Shown here: piece by piece, positions 1 to 11,201 of the stretch | Numbering within the stretch: position 1 is the stretch's first letter | Layout of the letters: each line of letters opens with the position of its first letter | Origin: an uncultured Chroococcidiopsis sp. | GTDB lineage: Bacteria > Cyanobacteriota > Cyanobacteriia > Cyanobacteriales > Chroococcidiopsidaceae | Assembly (NCBI GenBank): GCA_964248365.1 | Contig: CAXTYC010000021.1 | Coordinates: forward strand, 1-64,000 | Direction: 5' to 3' | DNA length: 64,000 bases | The notes under the pieces: generated by a model | Told to the model about the DNA's origin: nothing | The model's input: only the letters and a program-made list of their open reading frames with translations | Databases searched by the model: none | Position numbers and translations under genes: made by a program

Positions 1-144
1 TTACCCATTGATACACTGATACTAATGTACCCCATTTATCTGCAATATGCTGTATGGAGATAATCAAACAACTGCTCTGGTAAAAACTCTTTGTGGTTTT
101 GGTGGAGCAGCAGCGATCGCCGCTCCTCCACCCATCCTCATAAA

Positions 145-1824
145 TCAACTGATTTTCATTGACTTGAGGTGATTTGTCCTCTCTTGATTTAACGAATTGT
201 TATACAAAGCGGTACGGGGGAGTACCCGTAAAATTTCTTGCACAGTCGTCAAGCCGCTAGAAACCTTTTCAATTGCCGCCGTGCGGAAAGAAGCGAAGTT
301 AATATCCCTCAGATAGCGATGTAGCTGAGTAATCGTGCCTTCATAAATGATTTCCCGCACTCGGTCATCAATATCGATCAACTCGACAACCGCCTCTCGA
401 CCCAGATAGCCAGAACCGAAGCACATCGCGCAACCACGACCTTTGCGCCAAGTTTCGGCACGAATATGATCGCGCCCTAAACCTAACACCTTCAAATCCG
501 TCTCAGTAGGTGTATAAGGTTCAGAACAGTGGGGGCAAACGCGACGTACTAATCGCTGTGCCACAATACCTAACAGCGCATCACTAAGTAAACCAGGGTC
601 TGGACCTAAATCTTTAAGTCGAGGAATCGCACCGATGGCATCATTCGTATGCAGTGTAGTAAATACCAAGTGTCCCGTCAAGGCTGCTCTGATCGCAGTC
701 TCTGCTGTTTCAGCATCCCGAATTTCCCCCACCATGATAATATCAGGGTCTTGACGCAAAATCGCACGTAAACCCGCTGCAAAAGTCATCCCTGCTTGTT
801 CATGCACCTGGGTTTGGGTAATTCTAGGCAACACATACTCAACCGGATCTTCTACTGTCACCACATTGACATGATCCTTCGCTACAACTTGCAAACTAGT
901 GTACAGGGTACTGGTTTTACCTGAACCAGTTGGACCTGTGAGGATAATCATGCCTTGTGGTTGATTTAACCACGACTTATATGTCTCTAGGGTTTTGGAG
1001 ACAAAACCTAAATTGTTAATGTTAGAAAAGGGATTTTGCCGAGGTAGCAAGCGAATCACAGCCTTTTCCCCGTTCACACAGGGAAGAGTACTAACTCGCA
1101 TATCCATTCCTAGTTCTGCCTCTTCCCCATTCGCATATTTCTCCTCAATTCGTCCATCTTGAGGGCGACGGTTTTCAGCGATGTCCATATTACACATCAC
1201 CTTGAGTGCCACTATTACTCGGCGACTGGTTTCCCCTGGCAAGGTAGTAATATCACGCAAGACACCATCAATACGATAGCGGACTCTTAAGCCGTCTATC
1301 ATTGGTTCTAGATGGATATCGCTAGCGCGGTTGCGTAATGCTCCAGAAATGATCGTTTTAATCCGATCAATCTGATCTCCTGCTTTCGACAGGTATAACT
1401 CTGTCGTTTCACTAATGTTTTCTTGCTCTAGCTGACCAGTGATTGGATTTACTAGGGGAATAGAACTGATGCGGTTAGGGTTGAGATTTTGGGTGTGAAA
1501 CCAGGTGCGGAAGCTCTTATCGGTAATTGCCAACACCTTGATCTCGCTGCCAGTACGCGCTTTGAGTTCGAGAATCACTTCGTCAGTTAGTGGTACTGGG
1601 CTACCTAAGTAGTAGCAACCACGCCACAAGAGTAAGGGAATAGCTGGGGGCAATGTACTTTTATCTGGAAAGTGTCGCAAAAATCTGCTATTGACATCCT
1701 TGTCAAGCAGAGAAGAGTTAACATTTCCTGATTCGTCCAGCAGGAGTTTTAGCGCTTCTTCGCAGCTCAGTTCATTATTTTTCAGTCGTTGCCAAGCGGA
1801 AGTAATGTTTGTGTTAGCCTGCAT
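145..1824 (-). CDS. GspE/PulE/PilB-family secretion/pilus assembly ATPase
   Basis: ASDIHLEP, RYRIDG, Walker A GPTGSGKT, TVEDPVEY, LRQDPD, GEIRD, TGHLVFTTLHTN and two CxxC pairs. Start moved to ATG 1824 (MQANTN). Confidence 0.9.
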   Translation of the reverse strand: MQANTNITSAWQRLKNNELSCEEALKLLLDESGNVNSSLLDKDVNSRFLRHFPDKSTLPPAIPLLLWRGCYYLGSPVPLTDEVILELKARTGSEIKVLAITDKSFRTWFHTQNLNPNRISSIPLVNPITGQLEQENISETTELYLSKAGDQIDRIKTIISGALRNRASDIHLEPMIDGLRVRYRIDGVLRDITTLPGETSRRVIVALKVMCNMDIAENRRPQDGRIEEKYANGEEAELGMDMRVSTLPCVNGEKAVIRLLPRQNPFSNINNLGFVSKTLETYKSWLNQPQGMIILTGPTGSGKTSTLYTSLQVVAKDHVNVVTVEDPVEYVLPRITQTQVHEQAGMTFAAGLRAILRQDPDIIMVGEIRDAETAETAIRAALTGHLVFTTLHTNDAIGAIPRLKDLGPDPGLLSDALLGIVAQRLVRRVCPHCSEPYTPTETDLKVLGLGRDHIRAETWRKGRGCAMCFGSGYLGREAVVELIDIDDRVREIIYEGTITQLHRYLRDINFASFRTAAIEKVSSGLTTVQEILRVLPRTALYNNSLNQERTNHLKSMKIS

Positions 1825-2226
1825 GATTAGTCTGTGTATGTGTGTAGGAGCATTGACAGATATTGCACGCCAACGCCTCAAGCAAAACTATGAATTGCCT
1901 AACTTGCCGACGTTTTAGGATACCATTATTTAACAAAATTACAAATTCAACTTATCCCTACCAAATTATCCCTAGCTGGGCGCGAAATCCTAGCGAAATT
2001 TTACTGTAAATTTGTTATCTTTTTATACATTATATTACTTGTTTCAGTAGAATTACAGTTGTTTTTCAGCAAAATCTTGATTGCTAGCAACATTTATTCA
2101 AATTTTTAGCTAATACTCTTTCGTTAAAATTTTTACACCTATTTAAAACAAAAGTATATTATAATACTAAAATTAATCATTAATAATTACGTATTTTTTT
2201 GGATAAATTGTTGTTATTTTGCCCAG

Positions 2227-2934
2227 CTAATGCAGCGACGGTAAAACAACTTCAAGCTCATACCAGCGTTCACGTAAGACATGGGCGAAAGCGAGTAACC
2301 CCCATTCCTCACTCCGACGATGCCCAACCGCAATAACACTTATCCCCGTCGACCTGAGGGCGTATTCGGCTGGCTGTCTTAACTGTCCCGTAATATACAA
2401 ATCAGCGCCTCGTGCTGCTGCCTCCCGTACCAGCGCCTCATTCATAGCCCCAACTACTGCTAAGCGTGAAACCTCAGTTTGCTTACCGATACGGGCTAAC
2501 TCCTGTCCACGGAAAACTTCATTTATATAACTACAGTAGCTAGTGAAACTCCCAGTCGGAATATCACCAATCATGCCAATGTGTCGTCCTTGTTTCTCCC
2601 CAAGGGGGGATAAATTTGACATACACAGCACTTCAGCCAGACGAGGATTGTAGCCCAAAGTCAAACGTTCATCAAAAGCTAGATGATAAGATACTACACC
2701 GATTTCTTGACCGAGTTGCAGGGGTTGAAGTTTCCAAGGACGATGCAAAAATAGCGCATCTAATCTTTGTTGCTCAACCCATTGTGGTAATTGCGCCCAA
2801 GGTTCCAAAGCTAAGCCCAAGCGCCTGATGGAGCGTGTTAATGGTAGATAGACACCACCCCTTTCTTCTTGCGAGTAAAGATGGATGGCAAAGAAGTGAT
2901 CCAAAAATCTGACTAAATCATCCAAACGGATCAT
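2227..2934 (-). CDS. Nif3-like dinuclear metal-centre protein
   Basis: LFLHRP, SYHLAFD, ADLYITG and GHRRSE motifs typical of the NIF3/YbgI family. Confidence 0.75.
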   Translation of the reverse strand: MIRLDDLVRFLDHFFAIHLYSQEERGGVYLPLTRSIRRLGLALEPWAQLPQWVEQQRLDALFLHRPWKLQPLQLGQEIGVVSYHLAFDERLTLGYNPRLAEVLCMSNLSPLGEKQGRHIGMIGDIPTGSFTSYCSYINEVFRGQELARIGKQTEVSRLAVVGAMNEALVREAAARGADLYITGQLRQPAEYALRSTGISVIAVGHRRSEEWGLLAFAHVLRERWYELEVVLPSLH

Positions 2935-3137
2935 GTTTCTTCCTTTGTGCCTCTACTTTCTAATACAGAACAACTCCCACCCTTTCCAGAAGCGGGAGCA
3001 GTTTTTGAGCTGGGAAAAGGGAAAAAGGGAAAGGCTAAAGGGGAAAGAGGTATTGCGGTAAAGGAGACAGAAGACAGAATATTTAATTCTTTCATCTCCC
3101 CTTGCGCCCCCCTGCCCCTTGCGCCCCCTGCTTTCTT

Positions 3138-3911
3138 CTAGCCTCTAGCCCCCTCCAGTTCTCTAGCTTGAGCTACTTCATCCGCCATTTCTGCTGGGAC
3201 ACCATCTTGTACTAAAGAAGGCATATTGCCACTGCGTTGCATCAAACCGCCGACCATTGCCAACAAAGCATTTACTTTGCGGGTGCGCCACTCATCCACG
3301 AGTTTTTGCACAACATCCGCAGGCATACGACGCATCATCGCCTCATATAGATAGCTAGCATGACCAGTTTCATCAGAGGCAATACTCAGCATTCCCTTTT
3401 TCAGGTTGCGGCTGGTTAGTTCATCCTCTGGTAACACATTAGCCATCCGCAGAAAATCTTTACTCGCGTCTAGCTCTAAAATGTATGTGCTACCCATAAA
3501 CACATTCCAGGCGATCGCTTCAGGTTTCATCTGCTCTTGAGAGTATCCCTCAAAGAAAGCTTCAAAAAAGGGGCTGCGGCGGCGCTCATTCGACTTACCT
3601 TCCGGTGTAGTCTTGGGCAAGTTCTTGAAATCAATTACTTGCTTATTAAGCTGTTTGAGGGCGTGGGCAAAAATTTGACCGTGCCTCATTTCATCCTCTG
3701 CGTGTTTAGCTAGTTTCTGTGCCAGCCATTCATCACCTTCTCTGGCTGCACGTTGACTCAGGGCTGTTAGAAAAGGCACTGATCCAGATTCTGCTAGTTG
3801 GAAACCAGCCAAGAGATTAGGGCGGGTTAAGGGATTGCGGATTTGACTTGCCATCATGTAAGCCGATGCGCCCGATCCTGCCAGGTGTAAAACATAAGTC
3901 AAAAGATTCAT
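3138..3911 (-). CDS. Ferritin-like domain protein
   Basis: Paired ExxH motifs (EDEMRH, SDETGH) in a helical protein. Confidence 0.75.
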   Translation of the reverse strand: MNLLTYVLHLAGSGASAYMMASQIRNPLTRPNLLAGFQLAESGSVPFLTALSQRAAREGDEWLAQKLAKHAEDEMRHGQIFAHALKQLNKQVIDFKNLPKTTPEGKSNERRRSPFFEAFFEGYSQEQMKPEAIAWNVFMGSTYILELDASKDFLRMANVLPEDELTSRNLKKGMLSIASDETGHASYLYEAMMRRMPADVVQKLVDEWRTRKVNALLAMVGGLMQRSGNMPSLVQDGVPAEMADEVAQARELEGARG

Positions 3912-4009
3912 GGGGATTCGTGCTTGCTGTGAGGAGTTTACAGAACTTATCGTAGGTTCCGATCTCCTATGTTAGATGCTGATTGAGCCGTTAGGGGCGC
4001 TCTTGCTAG

Positions 4010-4185
4010 AGGCTAGGGGCTAGAAAAGTATGAAGTGACCTGTGAAGTGTGAAGGGTGAAGTGACCAAGTGTGAAGTATGAAGTGTGAAGTAGGAAGTTT
4101 AACCTTCATCCTTCATCCTTTAACCTTTAACCTACCCCTTCGGGGAAGCAAGCTACATCCTTCATCCTTTTTGCCTTTCCTTGTC
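4010..4185. repeat. Short tandem heptamer repeats (STRR-like)
   Basis: GTGTGAA/GTATGAA and CCTTCAT runs. Similar runs (CCTTTTC, AGTTACC, GGGGCTA, GGTAACT, GCGCGTAA) occur near 32720, 33850-33900, 36630, 41140-41320, 45720-45880, 55630 and 56300-56400. Confidence 0.8.
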
Positions 4186-4272
4186 CCTCCTGCTAAATTC
4201 TCCTTTTGCTATTGTTGTTACAGCAATGCCGCGTTGGTATTAGATCTATTGGTGGGAAATTTGGTGATTGCA

Positions 4273-4830
4273 GTGAAACTAACCCGATTACTGCTGTGGC
4301 TGGTAGCAGTTGTTTTTATTGTGACTTTGAGTGGATGTCAAACTTTGTATGGTTCGGCTAAATACCCAGTCAAGCGAGTCAGTGACGGCGATACTTTGAC
4401 GGTAGTAGATCCGAAAGGATCTGATATTCATGTACGATTTGCTTGTGTCGATGCGCCAGAAATTCCGCATTCGGCTAAGGAAAGGGAAAGTAACAGAGCA
4501 AGGGATCGCAATCAATTTAGATGGGGTATTGAAGCTCAAGAGCGTTTGCAGCAATTAATTCATCAAGGAGGCGATCGCGTAAACTTAACCATAACCGATA
4601 GCGATCGCTATGGTCGTCAAGTTGCCGAAGTATACTTGCGCGATCGCACACTCGTTCAAGAAGTTTTGGCGCGGGAGGGATTGGTATTAGTCTTTAACCA
4701 ATACTTAAAAAATTGTCCCGATGCTACAATGGTTCAACAAGCACAAGCTCTAGCCCAGCAAGAACAGCGAGGCGTGTGGAGCGATCCTAAATTTGTCCCA
4801 CCCTGGAAGTATCGCAGTGCTAAAAGATAA
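4273..4830 (+). CDS. Thermonuclease (SNase-like) lipoprotein
   Basis: VSDGDT, VRFACVDAPE, DRYGR, RGVW and PWKYR motifs, plus an LSGC lipobox. The ORF-track extension upstream is translated heptamer repeats, so the start is placed at GTG 4273. Confidence 0.85.
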   Translation: MKLTRLLLWLVAVVFIVTLSGCQTLYGSAKYPVKRVSDGDTLTVVDPKGSDIHVRFACVDAPEIPHSAKERESNRARDRNQFRWGIEAQERLQQLIHQGGDRVNLTITDSDRYGRQVAEVYLRDRTLVQEVLAREGLVLVFNQYLKNCPDATMVQQAQALAQQEQRGVWSDPKFVPPWKYRSAKR

Positions 4831-4869
4831 AGCTGTCCCCCAACGCTTTTTTCAAAGTATTATCTGTCT

Positions 4870-6321
4870 TTACTCACCACTTAATTCATATTCCAACGCA
4901 GCTAAGTTTAAACGACTAAGCAATTCGATAGTAATAGGGCGTTTGGCATCCCAAAAAATAAAAGCTTGAAAAAATTCTTTGGCAATAGGAGAATTTAGAA
5001 TATCTGCAATATGCTGTGCTTCCTCTTGACTTTCGCACCCAATAAAATTAGAGGTATCGTCAAGAACAATTGGTTTGCCATTGTAGCTACCAATTATCTT
5101 AAATTCGAGCTTTTTATAAAATCCAGATATAGCTACCTTCCAAGGCGCAAATGAGTAGTCGCCAACACCAAATATCGAAAATTGTGGTCGGTTTTTATAT
5201 ATGGAACTTCCACGTTTATTTAACAAATGTGCGTATTTTTGAAGATAATCCCAAGTTTTAGGTGCAGTATCCTTGATTAAAGTAGGATCGTCTCGAATAG
5301 ACTTTTGTGGTACAAGCATCCATCGGATTGGAACTACAACCAATTCCTTAGCAATCTCAGAACTTTTTAGCATTGGGAAGATAAATTGATCTTCAAGTTC
5401 AATAAGTTCACCAAAACCATTACGAAACTTATTGCCTTCTTTCTTAAGCTCCATAACTTTAGCACAATCATGCTTTATGCCAGAACGCCACTTTTTGATG
5501 CTGTTTCCCTGAAGGTGTTTCCAACGCTCGTACATATCTACTGAAGCAACAAGTTTGCCGTCCCGATGTCCAATTGTTTGCTTTACCTTACTATCTTTAA
5601 TACTGTCATAAATTTGACTATCAAAATTGTGAACAAAAGGAGACAAATGGCAAATCAAAAGACAAGCATCAACAGATGCACCAAAGTAGGTAGCAGCATC
5701 AATGTGATAAATTGCCGAATTTGATAAGCTAATATTGTTTTTCCAGGCATACATAAATAGCTTACGAGCAACGGCAGTTTTGCATAGCATTGCCATTACT
5801 GCATTTCGATTATCAAGCAAATGTAGGATGCGAATTAGCATCCACTCTGATATATCAAAATTACTTTTACCTGTCATGGCATCAACACCATTGTGCTTTT
5901 GAAAATTTGATTTTTCTGGCACATTAAAGCTACCAAGAGTACTAAGCTGAGCATTCGTAACCCAAGGAGGATTACCAATAAAAAGTATTGGAATTGGTAA
6001 ATCTTCAAGTAGGGCAGACCAATCTGTATAAAAAAAGTTATTTTGTATTATTTTTACTTTATTCTTATCTAAACGGGTACTTAATTTCAACTCCACAGAT
6101 CTCACATAATCAGGGTATATGTCCAAACCAATGGCTTTTGTAGCTCTTGGAAAAGAGTCGAGAGCAGCAAAAAGAAAGCTGCCAAGTCCACACGTTGGTT
6201 CGATAATTGATGCAGGATGGAAGTCTTGTGCCACAATTTCACATACTTTTCCGGCTAATTCAGTTGGAGTTTGAAAGTCACCAAATTCTGCTATTTCTTT
6301 AGTTTTTCTCATATCTTGCAC
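4870..6321 (-). CDS. SAM-dependent amino-DNA methyltransferase (gamma-type motif order), apparently orphan
   Basis: GDFQTP, motif I EPTCGLGSF and motif IV GNPPW, followed by a C-terminal TRD-like region. Start may be ATG 6312. Confidence 0.85.
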   Translation of the reverse strand: MQDMRKTKEIAEFGDFQTPTELAGKVCEIVAQDFHPASIIEPTCGLGSFLFAALDSFPRATKAIGLDIYPDYVRSVELKLSTRLDKNKVKIIQNNFFYTDWSALLEDLPIPILFIGNPPWVTNAQLSTLGSFNVPEKSNFQKHNGVDAMTGKSNFDISEWMLIRILHLLDNRNAVMAMLCKTAVARKLFMYAWKNNISLSNSAIYHIDAATYFGASVDACLLICHLSPFVHNFDSQIYDSIKDSKVKQTIGHRDGKLVASVDMYERWKHLQGNSIKKWRSGIKHDCAKVMELKKEGNKFRNGFGELIELEDQFIFPMLKSSEIAKELVVVPIRWMLVPQKSIRDDPTLIKDTAPKTWDYLQKYAHLLNKRGSSIYKNRPQFSIFGVGDYSFAPWKVAISGFYKKLEFKIIGSYNGKPIVLDDTSNFIGCESQEEAQHIADILNSPIAKEFFQAFIFWDAKRPITIELLSRLNLAALEYELSGE

Positions 6322-6714
6322 CAGTATTTAAAAGAGGCAAGAGCCTCTATCTTGTGGTGACAAGGAACCAGGTTCCTTGGAATGAGACGTAGATTATATT
6401 TTCTCCCTGTTTTCCGCTCAAGCTACTGGTAAGCGATTTAGCTCCTTAATAAGTGAGAGCAGGCAAGATGCCTACTCCACAAGTCACCACAAGAACCCAT
6501 AAGAAATTTATCTTTTGTGGTGTGCTAATTGAATGTTTTTGAGATGACTTTACTTTTGCTGCGCTTGATTATACAATACTTATAAGATAATGGGAATATG
6601 CGCAATTTTTTTGAAAAGGGTTATATTTCCATTATTAAGTAAACTTACTAGAAGTTTAGCATTTTTCTTAGCCAGAAGTCAAAAAAAATTTTTTCAAAAT
6701 TATGTTCCAAAAAA

Positions 6715-8232
6715 CTAACTTGGTTTCACCTGCTGACGACGACGGTTTACAGGATTCATCCAGTGTTCTAAGCGGCTAAACACTTGAGAAGACAGCAGAG
6801 TTAAACATAAATAAATTACCGCAACACCAGCGTAAATTTCAAACGCCCGATAGTTTCCTGCCACAATCAGTTGCCCATTGCGGAATAACTCTCTAAACCC
6901 TATCACAGCCACCAAGCTAGTATCTTTAAGCATACTAATAAACTCATTCCCCAAAGGTGGCAGCATTCGGCGAAAAGCTTGGGGAAAGATAACATAGCGC
7001 ATAATTTGGACTGAACTCATACCCAAAGATTGGGCTGCTTCAGCTTGTCCTGACTCAATTGATTGGATACCAGCGCGAACGATTTCAGCAATGTAGGCAG
7101 CACTATTTAGACTTAAGGCAATTACTGCTGCCGACCAAGGGTTGAAACTGAAAGAGAAACCCAACTCTTGGACGAGGGCTGGGATACCGAAATAAATCAT
7201 ATAAATCTGCACCAACAACGGCGTTCCTCGGAAAAAATCTATATAAGCCCTAGCAGCCCAACGAATAGGTAGAACTTGGGAAAGTCGAGCAATACCAATT
7301 AAAGAACCTGCAATCATACCAAGAACTACAGATATAGCAGTAAGTTGCAGCGTCACCAAAGCCCCACGTAATAGTAATGGTAAAGCAGTTAAAATAACGC
7401 CCAGAGATAGACCAGAAGTAGACTGATTTTCAAAAGGTGACTTCTCCGGTAGTGGTGGCGGCTGAACTCCGAACCACTTCTGATAAAGTTGGTTATAAGT
7501 GCCATTTTTAAACACAGCTGCCAAACCCTGATTGATCAGTGTTAAATTTGGCGATCCTTTAGGCGTGGGAAAACCGAAATACTCCTCGGTTAACAATTCC
7601 CCAACCACCTTAACTCCTTGCACATCACCTGAATTGATAGCGTACAAAATCACAGGTTGATCGTGAAGTAACGCATCTACATTCCCGTTGAGCAATTCTC
7701 TAAAAGCTGTAGGCGCATCATCAAAACTACGAACTTCAGCCCCAGGAATACTTGCAGCCTTTTGTGCGCCCGTCGTACCGATTTGTACAGCAATTCGCTT
7801 ATTCTTAAGACTGTCAAAACTAGTAATATTTTGATTATTATTACGAGTAGCGATCGCCAAACCAGACTTAAAATAAGGACGCGAAAAAGAAACCACCTTA
7901 GCCCGTTCTGGGGTAATCGTCATCGCCGCCACAGCAGCATCAATAGTTTGCGCCTGTAAAGCAGGAATCATCCCAGCAAAAGGAAGATTTTGATACCTAA
8001 TCTTAAAACCAGCAACTGCGGCGATCGCATTCATCAAATCAACATCAAAACCCTGCAACTCCCCCTGCTCCGTCTGAAGCGCAAACGGAGGATAAGTACC
8101 CTCCACAGCGATTGTCAAAGTTTTACCAGCAGCAGAACCCGAATTAAAACTACACCCCCCCAGCAAAAGCAAACAACCCAAACCAACAACCAAACTAAGG
8201 CGCAACCACCGGATAAAAGTCAACTGAGCCAT
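6715..8232 (-). CDS. Polar amino-acid ABC transporter, fused substrate-binding + permease (BgtB-like)
   Basis: Lipobox LGGC, family-3 binding domain (TYPPF, GFDVDL, FSRPY), permease motifs FRGTPLL, AYIAEIVRAGI and EAA loop. Confidence 0.9.
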   Translation of the reverse strand: MAQLTFIRWLRLSLVVGLGCLLLLGGCSFNSGSAAGKTLTIAVEGTYPPFALQTEQGELQGFDVDLMNAIAAVAGFKIRYQNLPFAGMIPALQAQTIDAAVAAMTITPERAKVVSFSRPYFKSGLAIATRNNNQNITSFDSLKNKRIAVQIGTTGAQKAASIPGAEVRSFDDAPTAFRELLNGNVDALLHDQPVILYAINSGDVQGVKVVGELLTEEYFGFPTPKGSPNLTLINQGLAAVFKNGTYNQLYQKWFGVQPPPLPEKSPFENQSTSGLSLGVILTALPLLLRGALVTLQLTAISVVLGMIAGSLIGIARLSQVLPIRWAARAYIDFFRGTPLLVQIYMIYFGIPALVQELGFSFSFNPWSAAVIALSLNSAAYIAEIVRAGIQSIESGQAEAAQSLGMSSVQIMRYVIFPQAFRRMLPPLGNEFISMLKDTSLVAVIGFRELFRNGQLIVAGNYRAFEIYAGVAVIYLCLTLLSSQVFSRLEHWMNPVNRRRQQVKPS

Positions 8233-8369
8233 ATATCTGTTTCTCCCCTCTTCCCTTTGCGTCCTTTGCGTCTTGGCGGTTCGTATAACACCCTAAAACT
8301 TCTTCAACTCAACCAGGTGTAAACAAGACTACAATTAACAATACTACTTGACAGAATCTGACTTTTAGT

Positions 8370-9137
8370 ATGGATACCACAAGCGCGATCGCCTTTGAGA
8401 GTGTAGAGAAAAACTTTGGTTCCCTAAAAGTCCTAAAAGGAATCAGCGGAGAAATTCACCGAAAAGAAGTAGTAGCAGTAATTGGTTCCTCCGGCTGTGG
8501 TAAAAGTACCTTGCTGCGCTGCTTTAACCGCCTAGAGACAATTGACGGAGGACGCTTAGTAGTCAACGGTATTGATGTATCAAAACCCAATCTCAGCTAC
8601 AAAAAACTGCGCCAACTGCGGACACAAGTGGGAATGGTATTTCAGCAATTCAACTTGTTTCCCCATCTAAGTGTATTAGAGAACTTAACCCTAGCTCAAC
8701 GCCAAGTACTGGGCAGAACCAGCAAAGAAAGCGCGCAACAAGCTGGATATTACTTAGAGAAAGTCGGATTATTTGACAAAGCGGGTGCTTATCCCGAACA
8801 ACTTTCAGGCGGACAAAAACAACGGGTAGCGATCGCCCGCAGTCTCTGCATGAACCCACAGATCATGCTATTTGACGAACCAACCAGTGCTTTAGATCCT
8901 GAACTAGTCGGAGAAGTGCTGCGAGTGATGCAACAGCTAGCCGCAGATGGCATGACAATGGTTGTAGTTACCCATGAAATGCAATTTGCTAGAGAAGTAG
9001 CTAGCCGAGTCATGTTTTTACATCAAGGCTATGTCGAAGAACAAGGATCGCCTCGTGAAGTTCTCACCCATCCGCGTAGCGATCGCCTGCGTACTTTCCT
9101 AAGTCGCCTAAATACTGAACTTGGGACTAGGGGTTAG
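8370..9137 (+). CDS. Polar amino-acid ABC transporter ATP-binding subunit (BgtA/GlnQ-like)
   Basis: [38 protein letters not shown]; divergent from the fused binding/permease gene. Confidence 0.92.
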   Translation: MDTTSAIAFESVEKNFGSLKVLKGISGEIHRKEVVAVIGSSGCGKSTLLRCFNRLETIDGGRLVVNGIDVSKPNLSYKKLRQLRTQVGMVFQQFNLFPHLSVLENLTLAQRQVLGRTSKESAQQAGYYLEKVGLFDKAGAYPEQLSGGQKQRVAIARSLCMNPQIMLFDEPTSALDPELVGEVLRVMQQLAADGMTMVVVTHEMQFAREVASRVMFLHQGYVEEQGSPREVLTHPRSDRLRTFLSRLNTELGTRG

Positions 9138-9161
9138 GATGTTAAAGCTAACAGCTAATAG

Positions 9162-9743
9162 CTAATTTTGTTTTAATGACGTAGAAAAAGCGATCGTTGC
9201 ATCATATTGATCGCTCATGTTTAGACAGGGAACAAACAAATTTAAATCTAGTTCTGGTAGGAACTCGCATCTTTTTACCTGTTCGTACCTGGTAGAGTGT
9301 AAGTGATAAATAAAGATTTGCTGCTTTTGGTAAAACCAAACTTCAGGTACACCCCAACGCCTGTATTTTTCTAACTTATTTACTCCACCACTGGTGATAA
9401 CTACTTCAATAGCAATATCTGGAATAGGCTTGACAAAATCTTGGTTATATGATTCGTCAGGCTCTCCCCTCGCTCCTTCTTCACGACTACCCAAAGTGTA
9501 ACCGCCTGTAGTATAAAACCTTCTACCTATATGACGTAGGTAAGTTTCTAGTAACAAACCCACTGTGCTTTTCAATTGTATATGTTCCCGTGAGGGAGTC
9601 ATTATATCCAGGGTTCCATCTAGATAAGTCAAACGTACTTTTGTATCTTCGAGTATTGATGCGATCGCCTCAAATTTCTCCCAAGAAATATCATAGAGAT
9701 TGATAATCGCATCAAATTTACTAGTTTCTAATTGTTCAAGCAT
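9162..9743 (-). CDS. Uma2-family (DUF820) putative endonuclease
   Basis: EPDESY, PDIAIEVV, KLEKYRRWGVPEVW. Confidence 0.85.
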   Translation of the reverse strand: MLEQLETSKFDAIINLYDISWEKFEAIASILEDTKVRLTYLDGTLDIMTPSREHIQLKSTVGLLLETYLRHIGRRFYTTGGYTLGSREEGARGEPDESYNQDFVKPIPDIAIEVVITSGGVNKLEKYRRWGVPEVWFYQKQQIFIYHLHSTRYEQVKRCEFLPELDLNLFVPCLNMSDQYDATIAFSTSLKQN

Positions 9744-10031
9744 GGCGCTGCGATTAGTAGTTGGCGTTTGACTTACGAATTATTCTAAGTACAACGACAT
9801 AAATAAACAGCAGACCGTGTGTTGTCGGAGTCTTTAGTGCATCTAGGGTTATCTAGTTTGACGTGGGCTATTTATTTAAGAGTTTCTGCTTAAAATTTTG
9901 CCCGTTAAATAATTTCTTCTACAAACAACGCTTTACCTGCAATAAAAGAATCAATATAATGGTAAATTTATCGTGCTTGGCGTTTTAATTATCCATATTT
10001 TTCCTTTCCCTAGCCCTTAGCCCCCAGCCTC

Positions 10032-10727
10032 TCACCCCTCCTTCTCTACCAACTCGACATTAAATACTTGGGCGAAAGCTTGTGCTACTTGTAAGCGTAC
10101 CTGTTGTATATTAATTTCTGGAATCCACTGCGCTAAGCTACCAACAGACTTATCAGAAATACCGCAAGGAACAATTTGTTCAAAACCTGTCAAATCTGGA
10201 CATACATTTAAAGAAAAGCCGTGCATAGTAATCCAGCGGCTAACCTTAATTCCAATCGCCGCCACCTTGCGCCCTTCTAGCCAAACTCCAGTTATACCTG
10301 GGATGCGCTCACCCTGCAAGCCATAAATCGCTAACACCCGAATTAAAACTTCTTCAAGCTGCCGTAGATACCAGTGCAAATCTTTACGATAATGTTGCAG
10401 ATTGAGTATCGGGTAGCCCACTAGCTGACCAGGGCAATGATACGTTACCTCTCCACCCCGCTCTACTCTATATACTTTTTCTTGATTTTTGTCAAGTTCA
10501 AAAAGAATAAATTCTAGACTAGCACCCTGTCCTAGAGTGTAAATTGGTGGATGTTCCAGCAAGATGAGGACATCGTGTAAATCGGGATGGTTGACACGTT
10601 CTTGCAATAAATTTTTTTGCCAATCCCAGGCAATAGGGTAGGGTATCAGTTGCTGATTATATAACCAGCATCTGCGGCAAGGCGGCTGGGCTGAATTTAT
10701 GCTGGATATCTGCTTACTCGTAATCAT
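10032..10727 (-). CDS. lipB: Lipoyl(octanoyl) transferase
   Basis: [44 protein letters not shown]. Confidence 0.95.
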   Translation of the reverse strand: MITSKQISSINSAQPPCRRCWLYNQQLIPYPIAWDWQKNLLQERVNHPDLHDVLILLEHPPIYTLGQGASLEFILFELDKNQEKVYRVERGGEVTYHCPGQLVGYPILNLQHYRKDLHWYLRQLEEVLIRVLAIYGLQGERIPGITGVWLEGRKVAAIGIKVSRWITMHGFSLNVCPDLTGFEQIVPCGISDKSVGSLAQWIPEINIQQVRLQVAQAFAQVFNVELVEKEG

Positions 10728-11201
10728 CTAAAAAATCAAGTGTAAATTTAGGCAAATTTTATTTCTACTTTTCATCATGACATCAAGAAATGTCAAGGAA
10801 TGCAAAACATTTTGAAGAGAACGAAAATGTCGATGTTTTCCAGATTACAAAATGCTAATTTGAATGTAGGAAATCAAGGTCAGCAGGGAGGAAGCTTTTT
10901 CTAATCACGCGATCGCATACCTGCAAGTACGAAATAGCAAAAGAAGATCACAAGTAGGAAAATCCTCTTGTTTAGGAATTAATTTGGTAAATCCAAGCAG
11001 ATAGAAGCGAAATTTCAATAGGGCGTGGTTAAAAAAATAATCACATCGATTTGATTGTGGACAACTGAACAAGCCACTAGCGTTGCTTTTTAGTACGTAA
11101 AAACCGACACAAGATTGTTGCTTTAAAATCAGCGGCAGCAGTGTCGTTGCTTTCTCTTTTGGCAAAACAGATTTGGATGATATCGAAGGGGAGAATTAAA
11201 T

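Noticed and set aside
2947..3141. 64-aa ORF and similar ORFs at 28986, 32810, 34649 and 61428
   Set aside because: They are translations of short tandem repeats, or shadows of real genes.
4078..6321. Thermonuclease plus methyltransferase as a restriction-modification pair
   Set aside because: The nuclease is an exported SNase-type lipoprotein, is convergent, and has host-like HIP1 content.
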